Assembly: GCA_036744855.1 (NCBI GenBank)
Contig: DAIOHF010000014.1
Coordinates: forward strand, 45,287-109,286
DNA: 64,000 nucleotides
Reading direction: 5' to 3'
From: Sedimentisphaerales bacterium
GTDB lineage: Bacteria; Planctomycetota; Phycisphaerae; Sedimentisphaerales; Anaerobacaceae
In this document: one piece after another, positions 35,837 to 44,847 of the stretch
Layout: each line of letters starts with the position of its first letter
How positions within the stretch are numbered: the first letter of the stretch is position 1
Program-made: the position numbers and the translations under genes
Notes under the pieces: model-generated
Databases searched by the model: none
What the model was told of the DNA's origin: nothing
What the model saw: only the letters and a program-made list of their open reading frames with translations

Positions 35837-36010
35837 GGATTTCCGAAAAACGGCCATTCGACCTATATTCTTCAAGGAAATCTGTTTCACGATTTCCTTG
35901 GAGAATCGATTTAGAGTGTACTCTGGTATGGACGAATTTTCAGGAGGGAGGAATTGCAGGGCAAATTCTTCCCTCCTAAAGTAGGCCGAATAGCCGTTTT
36001 TCGGAGATCC
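35837..36010. repeat. 174-bp AT-rich element with 29-bp terminal inverted repeats (MITE or structured RNA candidate)
   Basis: GGATTTCCGAAAAACGGCCATTCGACCTA (35837-35865) versus TAGGCCGAATAGCCGTTTTTCGGAGATCC (35982-36010). Internal hairpins GGAAATC...GATTTCC and GGAGGGAGGAATT...AATTCTTCCCTCC. Confidence 0.7.
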
Positions 36011-36034
36011 CGTTAGCAGAGTCAGGGGGAACGA

Positions 36035-36430
36035 ATGGAAGTCGAAGTTGAACTGTCGCGGATCATCATCAATGAGACGTCCGACCAGCAGATCATCGTG
36101 CTGAAGGAGCGTCACGGCACGCGCGGCTTCCCCATCGTGATCGGGATCGTGGAGATCTTCGCGATCGACCGAAGGCTCAAGGGAATCAAGCCGCCCCGCC
36201 CGATGACGCACGACCTCCTGGCCAACGTGATCGACGGCCTCGGCGCCAAGGTCGAACGGATCGTGATCAGCGACCTCCGCAACCACACGTTCTACGCGAA
36301 GATCCACCTGAGCATCGACGGGCGCACCGTCCAGGTCGATTCCCGCCCCTCCGACGCCATCGCGCTGTGCGCGGCCCTGCAGGCCCCTATCTTTGTGGCC
36401 GAGCACATTTTCGATCTGACGAATCAGTGA
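36035..36430 (+). CDS. Bifunctional nuclease family protein (DUF151/BFN)
   Basis: PIVIGIVEIFAI...RPMTHDLL...FYAKI...DSRPSDAIALC...APIFV matches the BFN domain pattern. Confidence 0.8.
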   Translation: MEVEVELSRIIINETSDQQIIVLKERHGTRGFPIVIGIVEIFAIDRRLKGIKPPRPMTHDLLANVIDGLGAKVERIVISDLRNHTFYAKIHLSIDGRTVQVDSRPSDAIALCAALQAPIFVAEHIFDLTNQ

Positions 36431-36971
36431 CGAAGGTCGCCACGATCAGAAGCCCGACCGCGATGCACAACCAGGCGTCGGCCACGTTGAACGTGTGCCA
36501 GTGCCGGCCGGGCCAGTAGACCACGTCGATGAAGTCCCGAACCCGTCCGTCGTTGAAGATGCGGTCCCACAGGTTGCCGCTGACGCCCGCCGCGAAGAGC
36601 CCCAGCGCAACCTGAATGACGCGCTGCCTGGCGGTCCCGAAGAAGAACACGCCGAGAATGATGAGCATCGCCATCGCGGCCACCCCGATCAGGAACGGCC
36701 GCTGTCCGCCGGCGATTCCGAAGGCCGCCCCTTCGTTCAGCGCCAACTGAAACGACAGAAAACCGTCGATGATCGTGACCCTCTGACCGGGCTTGTCCCA
36801 CAGCCAGGCAAACACCGCGTGCTTGGACCACAGATCCGCAGCCAGACCGAGGAGCATCATGGGCCAGAAGATCAGGTGTCCCGTCGCGTCGGGCAGTTCG
36901 ATGCGTTGACGGAGATTCAGCGGACAGCTCGGTGCGATGGGTTCGATCCTCTCTTGGTTGCCGGTTTCCAT
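36387..36971 (-). CDS. lspA: Lipoprotein signal peptidase II
   Basis: NEGAAFGI, GNLWDR and FNVAD motifs with 4 TM segments. The 3' end overlaps the convergent BFN gene by 44 nt. Confidence 0.85.
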   Translation of the reverse strand: METGNQERIEPIAPSCPLNLRQRIELPDATGHLIFWPMMLLGLAADLWSKHAVFAWLWDKPGQRVTIIDGFLSFQLALNEGAAFGIAGGQRPFLIGVAAMAMLIILGVFFFGTARQRVIQVALGLFAAGVSGNLWDRIFNDGRVRDFIDVVYWPGRHWHTFNVADAWLCIAVGLLIVATFVTDSSDRKCARPQR

Positions 36972-37003
36972 GGTGTCGATAGCTCAGTCCCTGCCAAAAT
37001 TTT

Positions 37004-37975
37004 TCATCTGACGTTGTCGCGAATCAGCTTCTCCAGCGCCTGGCGTTTGGGCTGGTCCGGATTGATGACCAACGATCGACGCCAATGGGCGACGCCCTGT
37101 TGACGCCAGCGGTCGTCCCCGGTCTGGTCGGCCTTGAGCGTGCAGGCGACCCCCAGGCCGCGATACGCCTCCCAGTCGTTGCCGTCCAGCTCGATCGCTT
37201 TCTGATAGGCAAGCATCGCCTGACCCAGATCGCCCAGCTTGATGAGGCAATACGCCAGGTGGCGGAAAGCCGCACCGTCTCTGGGGCGCAACTGCGTCGC
37301 CGAGACCAGAGCCTGTCGGCCCTGCTCATACCGCTCGGCCTTGACACTGGCTACGCCCAGCGCGACCAGAACGTTCGGATCGGGCGATTCGGAGGACGAC
37401 ATTCTTTCATAGACCCCGATCGCGCGAACGTAGTCCTTCTGGCCTTCGTAGGCCTGCGCCAGCACGGGCAGCAATTCCCGCGATCGGTTCTCGCCCGCCT
37501 GCTCGCAGTAGGCTTGCGCCTTGGCGTACTGCCCGGCCTTCACGGAAGAACTCGCAGCCCCCGCCAGGGCCTCGAAACTGTTGGGGTCCAGCTCCACCGC
37601 CCGTCCGTACGCGTCGGCCGCCTGGGGATGCCTCTTCAGGTCCTCGTACGTCCGCGCCAGATTCAACTGGTGCTCGAACGACCAGGCGTCCAACTTGACC
37701 GCCTGTCTGAACGCGGCCAGGGCCTTTTCGTGTTCCCCCAGCTTCCGACAGGTCTTTCCCAGTTCCGCATACGCCAGGACGAACTTCGGATCGGCCTTGA
37801 TCACCTCGTTGAGCTTGTCGATCGCGAGGCGGTCCTGGCCCAATTCGCGAAGCGCCACCGCGTCCAGGTAGAGATTCACCACAGGTTGTCGCGGAACGCA
37901 CCCGAACAACAGGCACATCGCCACCCCCAACACGACGAACCCTGTCGAATCGATTCCGCTCTTGACCGCGTCCAC
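37004..37975 (-). CDS. TPR-repeat lipoprotein
   Basis: AAGGAAG RBS, then a GTG at 37975. LGVAMCLLFGC lipobox-like signal. About 7 TPR units. The start is uncertain. Confidence 0.65.
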   Translation of the reverse strand: MDAVKSGIDSTGFVVLGVAMCLLFGCVPRQPVVNLYLDAVALRELGQDRLAIDKLNEVIKADPKFVLAYAELGKTCRKLGEHEKALAAFRQAVKLDAWSFEHQLNLARTYEDLKRHPQAADAYGRAVELDPNSFEALAGAASSSVKAGQYAKAQAYCEQAGENRSRELLPVLAQAYEGQKDYVRAIGVYERMSSSESPDPNVLVALGVASVKAERYEQGRQALVSATQLRPRDGAAFRHLAYCLIKLGDLGQAMLAYQKAIELDGNDWEAYRGLGVACTLKADQTGDDRWRQQGVAHWRRSLVINPDQPKRQALEKLIRDNVR

Positions 37976-38117
37976 CAACAGGCTTCCTTTCCAGACGCCC
38001 GCACGCCAACCGTTCTGTACACCGCACCTTGCCGGAGGACGGATTATACCAGAACGCCTCCCCCAGTCAAAACCATTGGCCGGCCGGTCCCGAATCCGGG
38101 AAGCACCCTCCAAAGAT

Positions 38118-38146
38118 TTGACACGCTTCCCTGCCGGCTATATGAT
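38118..38146 (+). promoter_or_regulatory. Sigma-70-like promoter upstream of gpmI
   Basis: TTGACA, 17-nt spacer, TATGAT, located about 107 nt upstream of the ATG at 38253. Confidence 0.5.
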
Positions 38147-38252
38147 ACCAAGCCCGCAGACTTTCCGGCGGGTCGTTTCTGCGCTTCGAATCGGGCCCGA
38201 GACGCTATGCGTCCCAGGGGCCCCTTGGACTTGTTTGAAAGGCATGCTCTAG

Positions 38253-39827
38253 ATGACAAAAGAGAAAACCGCCCTGAAGAAGAGGCCGTGTGTGCTCATC
38301 ATCCGCGACGGCTGGGGCTACAACCCGGACCCGAGCGAAGACCCGTACAACGCGATCAAGCGGGCCAATACCCCGACCGACGACATGCTCATGGCGGAAT
38401 ATCCCCACTGCCTCGTGCACACCTACGGGGAGTGGGTCGGCCTGCCTGACGGGACCATGGGCAACAGCGAAGTGGGCCACCAGAACATCGGGGCCGGCCG
38501 GGTCGTGCCCCAGGAGTCGGTGCGTCTGACCTTCGCCATCCGCGACGGCTCGTTCTTCACGAACGAAGAATTCCTCAAGATGATCGAGTTCGTCAAGACC
38601 CGCAAAGGCAAAGTGCACTTCATGGGTCTGGCCAGCGACATCGGCGTACACTCGCTGCTCAACCATCTCTACGGCCTGCTGGAACTGGCCAAACGCAACG
38701 ACCTCAAGGACGTCTTCATCCATGCCTTCACGGACGGACGCGACTCGCCGCCCGACAGCGGCCTGGGCTACATCACCGCCATCGAGAAGAAGGCCGGCGA
38801 GATCGGCGTCGGCAAGATCGCCACGATCTCCGGACGGTTCTACGCGATGGACCGCGACAGCCGCTGGGACCGCGTGCAGAAGGCCTTCGAGTGCCTGCGG
38901 TTCGGCAAAGGCCAGAAGGCCCGCAGCGCGACCGAAGCGGTCAAGAGCAGCTATGAGAAAGGCGTGACGGACGAGTTCATCGAGCCGACCGCCATCGTCA
39001 GCGAGGAAGGCGAGCCGATCGCGACGATCGCCGACGGCGACGGCATCGTGTTCTTCAACTTCCGCGGGGATCGACCTCGCGAGCTGGCCCGCGCGTTCGT
39101 CGATCCGGACTTCAAGGAGTTCACCCGGACGCTCAAGCCGGACGTATACTTCGTCTGCATGACCGAGTACGACGCCTCCCTTCCGGCGCCGGTGGCCTTC
39201 CCCAAACCCGGCAAGATGAAAAACACGCTCGGCGCGTACTGGGGTTCGCTGGGGCTCAAGCAGTTCCGCTGCGCCGAGACCGAGAAGTACGCCCACGTGA
39301 CGTTCTTCTTCAACGACTACAACGAGAAGCCCTTCAAGGGCGAGGATCGGCAGATCGTGCCGTCCCCCAAGGTGCGAACGTACGACCTCAAGCCCGAGAT
39401 GAGCGCGTACGAGGTGGCCAACGTCGTGCTGGAGCGACTGGAGTCCGACAATTACGACGCGATGGTGATCAATTTCGCCAACCCCGACATGGTGGGCCAC
39501 ACGGGCGATTTGAACGCCGCGATCAAGGCCGCCGAGACGGTCGATCAGTGCGTCGGCAAGATCCTCGACAAGGTCAAGAGCATGGGCGGGGCCGCCATCG
39601 TCACCGCCGACCACGGGAACTTCGAAAAGATGATCGACGGTTCGCCGACCAGCCCGCACACGGCGCACACCGTGGGGGATGTGCCCTTGATCATCTTCGA
39701 CGACGAGTTCAAGGGCCGCAAGCTCCGCGAAGGCGGCACGCTGGCCGACATCGCGCCGACGATGCTGGAAGTGATGGGGTTGCCGCAACCCAAGGAGATG
39801 ACCGGCAAGAGCCTGCTGCAATCGTAA
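38253..39827 (+). CDS. gpmI: 2,3-bisphosphoglycerate-independent phosphoglycerate mutase
   Basis: LIIRDGWG, GNSEVGHQNIGAGRVV, FTDGRDSPP, NFANPDMVGHTG and TADHGN motifs. Confidence 0.95.
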   Translation: MTKEKTALKKRPCVLIIRDGWGYNPDPSEDPYNAIKRANTPTDDMLMAEYPHCLVHTYGEWVGLPDGTMGNSEVGHQNIGAGRVVPQESVRLTFAIRDGSFFTNEEFLKMIEFVKTRKGKVHFMGLASDIGVHSLLNHLYGLLELAKRNDLKDVFIHAFTDGRDSPPDSGLGYITAIEKKAGEIGVGKIATISGRFYAMDRDSRWDRVQKAFECLRFGKGQKARSATEAVKSSYEKGVTDEFIEPTAIVSEEGEPIATIADGDGIVFFNFRGDRPRELARAFVDPDFKEFTRTLKPDVYFVCMTEYDASLPAPVAFPKPGKMKNTLGAYWGSLGLKQFRCAETEKYAHVTFFFNDYNEKPFKGEDRQIVPSPKVRTYDLKPEMSAYEVANVVLERLESDNYDAMVINFANPDMVGHTGDLNAAIKAAETVDQCVGKILDKVKSMGGAAIVTADHGNFEKMIDGSPTSPHTAHTVGDVPLIIFDDEFKGRKLREGGTLADIAPTMLEVMGLPQPKEMTGKSLLQS

Positions 39828-39982
39828 TGCCGGACAGGAAATGTCGAATCGCACGGCCAGACTCCTCGCGTCTGGCCGTGTTTGCTTGGAGCGCAATGGA
39901 GTCTGACGCGCGTTCGTAGCCGTGGAGGCGCCGGGACCTCGAAGAGAACGCACCAGACGACCGTCGGGGCTGTATCACGCTT

Positions 39983-41803
39983 ATGAGTCGCATCATCGTC
40001 CTCGATCGCAACATGGTGAACCTGATCGCCGCCGGCGAGGTGGTCGAACGTCCGGCCAGCGTCGTCAAGGAACTGGTGGAGAACAGCATCGACGCCGGGG
40101 CCACGTCCATCACGGTGACGATCGAAGACGGCGGCCGCAAGCTCATCGCCATCAGCGACAACGGCAATGGCATGGACGCGAACGATCTGGAAACCGCCTT
40201 CGAGCCCCACGCGACGAGCAAGGTCAAGGAAGCCGACGACCTGAACCGGATCGCGACGCTCGGATTCCGCGGCGAGGCGCTGGCCAGCATCGCGTCGGTG
40301 TCGCAGGTCCGCGCGGTCAGCCGTACGCCGGACAGCGACCAGGCCCACTGCATCGAGATCGACTGCGGCGAAAAAAGCCCCGTCGCTCCGTGCAGCGGAG
40401 ACGTCGGCACGACGATCCAGGTCCGCGACCTGTTCTACAAGACCCCCGCCCGGCGAAAATTCCTGCGTACCGCCAACACCGAGCTGGGCCACATCACCGA
40501 GCAGTTCGCGAGGATCGCCCTGCCCCAGGGCAACCTGGACCTGGCGTTGATCCACAACGGACGGGAACTGTACCGCCTCTCGAAGACCGAGAGCCTCAAG
40601 CAGCGGGTCGGCCAACTCTTTCCGATGCTCGTCTCGGGGACCGGCGACGACCTGATCGAGACCGAGACCCACGAGAAAGGCATTCGCATCCGAGCCCTGC
40701 TCGGTCTGCCCGGCCTGTCGCGAACGAGCAACCAGTTCCAGTACGCGTTCGTCAACGGCCGCTTCATCCGCGACAAATTCATCTCGCACGCCATCAAGGA
40801 GGCCTATCGCGGCATGCTCGACGCCAACCGCTTCCCGGTGGTGTTCCTCTTCATCGAGATGCCGTTCAGCGAGTACGACGTGAACGTGCATCCCACGAAG
40901 ATCGAGGTTCGGTTCTACAACTCGAACCTGATCCATTCCCAGGTCCTCGGCGTCCTGCGCGAGCGTCTCTTGGGCACCAATCTCAACATCGCGGCCCAGT
41001 TGCCCGCCAGGGAGTCGCCGCCGGGGGACGAAGAAAGCGTCGGTCGGGACCTGCGAAGGCAGCAGATCGCCGACGCGATGGCCGAGTTCTTTCGCAAGCA
41101 GCGACCGGTCCATCAGCAGCAGCAATTCGATCTGCGTGCCGAAAGCGTTCCCGACCGCCGGGAGACGGAATACAGAAGAACGACGATCGACCGGCCCGCT
41201 CCGACTGCGATGTCGTTCCAGGTTCCGGCCCCGGACGTCAGGTATCTGCAGATCCACGACAGCTACATCATCGAGCAGACCGACGAGGGCTTCGTCATCA
41301 TCGATCAGCACGCCCTGCACGAGCGAATGCTCTACGAACTCATGCGGCGACGACTGGAACGAGAACACCTCGAATCCCAGAGACTTCTGCTACCCGAGAG
41401 CTTCGACGTCACCGAGGCGCAGGCCGGGGCGATCGAAAGCCACGCCGACATGCTGACGCAACTGGGCGTCGAGCTGACCGCGTTCGGCCCGCGGACGTAC
41501 GCGATCCAGACCTTTCCGACGATGCTGGCCTCCGTCTCTCCGCTGGAGTTCGTCCACGACCTGCTCGATCTGCTCGTCGAGCGCGGCGACGCGGTGGCCA
41601 GTCGCGACCTGTTCGACGACGTCCTGAACATGGCCGCCTGCAAAGCGGCGATCAAAGCCGGACAGAAACTCACGGACACGGAGATCCGGCAGTTGCTCGC
41701 GGACCGCGAACGGTTCGAATCGACGAGCCGGTGCCCCCACGGCCGGCCGACGACGATCCGATTCTCGATCAGCGAACTGGAGAAGCAATTCAAGAGAACC
41801 TGA
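39983..41803 (+). CDS. mutL: DNA mismatch repair protein MutL
   Basis: LIAAGEVVERPASVVKELVENSIDAGA, DNGNGM and GFRGEAL motifs. C-terminal endonuclease-type domain (QIHDSYII, CPHGRP). Confidence 0.95.
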   Translation: MSRIIVLDRNMVNLIAAGEVVERPASVVKELVENSIDAGATSITVTIEDGGRKLIAISDNGNGMDANDLETAFEPHATSKVKEADDLNRIATLGFRGEALASIASVSQVRAVSRTPDSDQAHCIEIDCGEKSPVAPCSGDVGTTIQVRDLFYKTPARRKFLRTANTELGHITEQFARIALPQGNLDLALIHNGRELYRLSKTESLKQRVGQLFPMLVSGTGDDLIETETHEKGIRIRALLGLPGLSRTSNQFQYAFVNGRFIRDKFISHAIKEAYRGMLDANRFPVVFLFIEMPFSEYDVNVHPTKIEVRFYNSNLIHSQVLGVLRERLLGTNLNIAAQLPARESPPGDEESVGRDLRRQQIADAMAEFFRKQRPVHQQQQFDLRAESVPDRRETEYRRTTIDRPAPTAMSFQVPAPDVRYLQIHDSYIIEQTDEGFVIIDQHALHERMLYELMRRRLEREHLESQRLLLPESFDVTEAQAGAIESHADMLTQLGVELTAFGPRTYAIQTFPTMLASVSPLEFVHDLLDLLVERGDAVASRDLFDDVLNMAACKAAIKAGQKLTDTEIRQLLADRERFESTSRCPHGRPTTIRFSISELEKQFKRT

Positions 41804-42759
41804 TGCGTAAATGGTGGCTTCTATCGGCGGCGACGGTGCTGTGGATGGCGTCCGGATACGCCCTCGTGCGATCCAGCGCCGGCCCCAAAAGGGGACATTC
41901 TACTCTTTCACACGAAGGCGGCCCCGCGGCTCAAGGGAACGAGGGAAAAGTAGAATGTCCCCTTTGTCCGCAAATCCCGGCACGGATCGTCTCGATGGCG
42001 CCGAACCTCACGGAGATCCTCTTTGCCATCGGTCTCGGTCCCAGCGTCGTCGGCGTGACGCAGGACAGCGACTACCCCCCTGCTGCGAAGGACAAGCCTC
42101 GGGTCGGCACGTTCTGGCAGCCGAACATCGAGGCGATCATCGCGACCCGCCCCGATCTGGTCGTAACCGAGACGTTCGAGCAGCACAGGGACCTGGCCAG
42201 GAGACTGCAACGCATGGGCTACGACAGCCTGATGGTCGACGTGGACACGATCCGCGGGTTGTACGAGGGCATCCTCGCGATCGGCCGGACCGCAGGCTCA
42301 ACTCGACAGGCCCAGACGCTGTGCGAAGACATGCAGACCCAGATCGACCGGCTCGTCGCCGCGACCGCCGGGCGGCCCCGCGTGAAAGTGCTCTGGGTCG
42401 TCCAGAGAGAACCGCTCCGAGTGGCGGGACGGGCGACGTTCGTCAACGAAATGATCGAGCTGGCCGGCGGGGAGAACGCCGTCGGCCCGACCCTGCACGT
42501 GTATCCCGCCATCGGGGCCGAGCAGGTGATCGCCGCAGCTCCCGAGGTCATTATCGAGCCGGCCATGCTGCCGGGCACGCTGGACGAGCAGCGGATTCAG
42601 GCGACATCGTATTGGAACCGATTCGCGAATGTCCCGGCCGTCCGAACCGGACGCATCTGCGTGATCGACGGCGACGTCGTTTCCCGGCTGGGCCCCCGGC
42701 TGCCCGAGGGCGTCGAGACGATTTCCCGGTGTCTTCACCCGGGCTTGTTCGGAGACTGA
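41803..42759 (+). CDS. ABC-transporter periplasmic binding protein, BtuF/FecB (PBP type 2) family, with an in-frame palindromic insert after the signal peptide
   Basis: ATG overlaps the mutL stop codon (TGATG). RIVSMAPNLTEILFAIGL...VVGVT...PDLVV pattern of the PF01497-type family. Confidence 0.8.
   Translation: MRKWWLLSAATVLWMASGYALVRSSAGPKRGHSTLSHEGGPAAQGNEGKVECPLCPQIPARIVSMAPNLTEILFAIGLGPSVVGVTQDSDYPPAAKDKPRVGTFWQPNIEAIIATRPDLVVTETFEQHRDLARRLQRMGYDSLMVDVDTIRGLYEGILAIGRTAGSTRQAQTLCEDMQTQIDRLVAATAGRPRVKVLWVVQREPLRVAGRATFVNEMIELAGGENAVGPTLHVYPAIGAEQVIAAAPEVIIEPAMLPGTLDEQRIQATSYWNRFANVPAVRTGRICVIDGDVVSRLGPRLPEGVETISRCLHPGLFGD
41888..41965. repeat. 78-bp palindromic element (perfect 16-bp arms AAAGGGGACATTCTAC / GTAGAATGTCCCCTTT) inside the binding-protein gene
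   Basis: The arms at 41888-41903 and 41950-41965 are exact reverse complements. Length is 26 codons. Translated as KRGHSTLSHEGGPAAQGNEGKVECPL. Confidence 0.85.
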
Positions 42760-42762
42760 CGA

Positions 42763-43794
42763 GTGCACCCATCCCTGACGCCCAGAATGCTGCTGTTGCG
42801 AACGAGCCTCGCGGCCATCCTGCTCGCGGCGGTTCTGCTGGCCTGCTCGCTGGTGGGCCCGCAGGAGATTTCGCTGAAGGCGGCGCTGCAAGGCGGTCAA
42901 GTCGCAGGGGTTCCCAATCCGGATTATGAAATCCTCGTGCAGGTTCGAATTCCGCGAGTGTTGCTGGCTGCGATGGTCGGAGCGGCGTTGGCTGCTTCCG
43001 GCGTGATCTTCCAGGCCTTGCTGCGGAATCCGCTGGCCGATCCCTACATCCTCGGCGTTTCCAGTGGAGCGGGTCTCGGCGCGATGCTCGCTGTGATCGG
43101 CGGCTTGGGCTGGACCCTCTGGGGACGGTCCCCCATCGCGGTCTTCGCGTTCCTCGGGGCCCTGGGCACCGTCTGGCTGGTCTGGGCCCTCGGGCGCATC
43201 ACCGGAAAGTACCAGGTCACCGGACTGCTGCTGGCCGGGGTGGTCGTCAACGCGTTCTTCTCGGCGATGATCATGTTTCTCATTTCGATCGCCAAGAGCC
43301 AGCATCTCTACGCGACCCTCTTCTGGCTGATGGGCAACATGACCGAGGAGGATTGGTTCGTCCTCTGGGTCGGCGGCGGCTGCATCCTGGCCGGCATCGT
43401 GGCGCTGTTCTTTCTCGGTCCGCAACTCAACATCATCAGCGTCGGACGCCAGGACGCGCGGAGCGTCGGCGTTCGCGTTGAACGGGTCGAACTGGTCGCT
43501 TTCGCCATCTCGGCGTTCATCACCGCTGTGGCGGTCAGTCTCAGCGGACTCATCGGGTTTGTCGGCCTGATCGTGCCCCACGCGGTGCGACTGGTCTTCG
43601 GACCCGACCATCGCCAGCTCGTGCCCTTGAGCAGCCTGGTCGGAGCGATGTTCCTCGTCGTGGCCGACACGTTGGCGAGAATGGTCGTGGCGCCCGCCCA
43701 GTTGCCGGTCGGGGTGGTCACCGCCATGATCGGCGGCCCGTTCTTCCTATTCCTGCTCGTTACGCACAGCAAGAAGGTATACTGGGCGACATGA
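42763..43794 (+). CDS. Iron-siderophore/cobalamin ABC transporter permease (FecCD/BtuC family)
   Basis: About 9-10 TM segments. RIPRVLLAAMVGAALAASGVIFQALLRNPLADPYILGVSSGA signature. Confidence 0.9.
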   Translation: MHPSLTPRMLLLRTSLAAILLAAVLLACSLVGPQEISLKAALQGGQVAGVPNPDYEILVQVRIPRVLLAAMVGAALAASGVIFQALLRNPLADPYILGVSSGAGLGAMLAVIGGLGWTLWGRSPIAVFAFLGALGTVWLVWALGRITGKYQVTGLLLAGVVVNAFFSAMIMFLISIAKSQHLYATLFWLMGNMTEEDWFVLWVGGGCILAGIVALFFLGPQLNIISVGRQDARSVGVRVERVELVAFAISAFITAVAVSLSGLIGFVGLIVPHAVRLVFGPDHRQLVPLSSLVGAMFLVVADTLARMVVAPAQLPVGVVTAMIGGPFFLFLLVTHSKKVYWAT

Positions 43795-44651
43795 CTCCCG
43801 CGATCGAGGTCAGACAGGTGAGCTTCGAATACGGCCCGCACAGGCCGGTCCTGACGGGCCTCGATCTCGGCGTGCGTTCCGGGACCTTCCTGGCAGTGGC
43901 CGGTCCGAACGGGGCCGGCAAGAGCACCCTCATCCATCTCATGGCCGGGATGCTCAGGCCCCAGTCCGGCGCCGTGTTTCTGGAGGGCAGGGACCTGCGT
44001 TCCTACAGCGCGCGAAACCTGGCCCGGAAGATCGCACTGGTCCGACAGGAGTTCGTTCCGGCCTTCGGGTTCTCGGTCTACGAAACCGTCCTGATGGCCA
44101 GGACCTCCTGCTACGGCCAGTGGGGTTTCGAGAGTCGCAGGGACCGCGAGACAGTCGCCAGGGCTCTCGAACGAACCGACACCGCGAGATTCGCCTCCCG
44201 ACCGCTGGGCAGCCTCAGCGCCGGCGAACGACAACGCGTCTTCATCGCCAGGGCCCTGGCCCAGGACACCCCGATCCTGCTCCTGGACGAGCCCACGTCC
44301 TTCCTCGACATCAGACACCAGGTCGGCATCTACGATCTTCTGAAATCCATCCAGCAGGAGAAGGCTTCCACAATCGTCGCGGTGACCCACGAGATCAACC
44401 TGGCCTCGCAGTACTGCGACGAAGCCCTGTTGCTCTATCCCGACCGGCGAGACGATCCTTCTTCAGCCGATCCGGCCTCTTCTGCGAACTACCGCATCGG
44501 CTCGACCCGCGAGGTTTTCGCGCCCGGAGAGATCCGGCGGGCATTCGGCGTCGGCATCTTCTCCGGCGTCCTGGGCTCGGAACGGTTCGTCCTGCCTCTG
44601 GGCGAAAGAGCCAAAGACGCCAACCTCCTGCGCCCTCCCAACGTAGTATAG
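43791..44651 (+). CDS. ABC transporter ATP-binding protein (FecE/BtuD-like)
   Basis: GPNGAGKST Walker A, LSAGERQRV signature and LLLDEPTS Walker B. Overlaps the permease stop codon by 4 nt. Confidence 0.9.
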   Translation: MTPAIEVRQVSFEYGPHRPVLTGLDLGVRSGTFLAVAGPNGAGKSTLIHLMAGMLRPQSGAVFLEGRDLRSYSARNLARKIALVRQEFVPAFGFSVYETVLMARTSCYGQWGFESRRDRETVARALERTDTARFASRPLGSLSAGERQRVFIARALAQDTPILLLDEPTSFLDIRHQVGIYDLLKSIQQEKASTIVAVTHEINLASQYCDEALLLYPDRRDDPSSADPASSANYRIGSTREVFAPGEIRRAFGVGIFSGVLGSERFVLPLGERAKDANLLRPPNVV

Positions 44652-44779
44652 GCAAGGTCTTCGCGAAGGCCTCGCCGTCGGCAGTCCGAGCCATTATGGG
44701 ACGCCTCGGAAAAGTCTTGCGGGCCTGTCGAGACCTGGCGTTTTTTCGTGAAATTGGGCTAGGAAGAAAGACGAACATA

Positions 44780-44788
44780 TGGTATAAT
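44780..44788 (+). promoter_or_regulatory. Extended -10 element (TGGTATAAT) upstream of the DksA-like gene
   Basis: TGn-TATAAT read directly 60 nt before the GTG at 44848. No good -35 element. Confidence 0.35.
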
Positions 44789-44847
44789 ACGGTGTTCTAT
44801 CGATGTGATCATACTTGGTTGTCAACAAGTGAGAGGTAGATACGGAC

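Noticed and set aside
36387-36430. The 44-nt overlap of the convergent lspA and BFN genes as an antisense regulatory feature.
   Set aside because: Convergent 3' overlaps of this size are common in compact high-GC genomes. Nothing in the sequence (hairpin or repeat) singles it out.
39922-41802. 945-aa ORF extending the binding-protein gene across mutL.
   Set aside because: It is an alternative frame of mutL with a low-complexity translation. The ATG at 41803 gives a proper signal peptide and overlaps the mutL stop codon.
41700-41810. A cobalamin riboswitch upstream of the BtuF-like importer.
   Set aside because: There is no intergenic space, because the importer start codon overlaps the mutL stop codon. 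No B12-box-like sequence was noticed.
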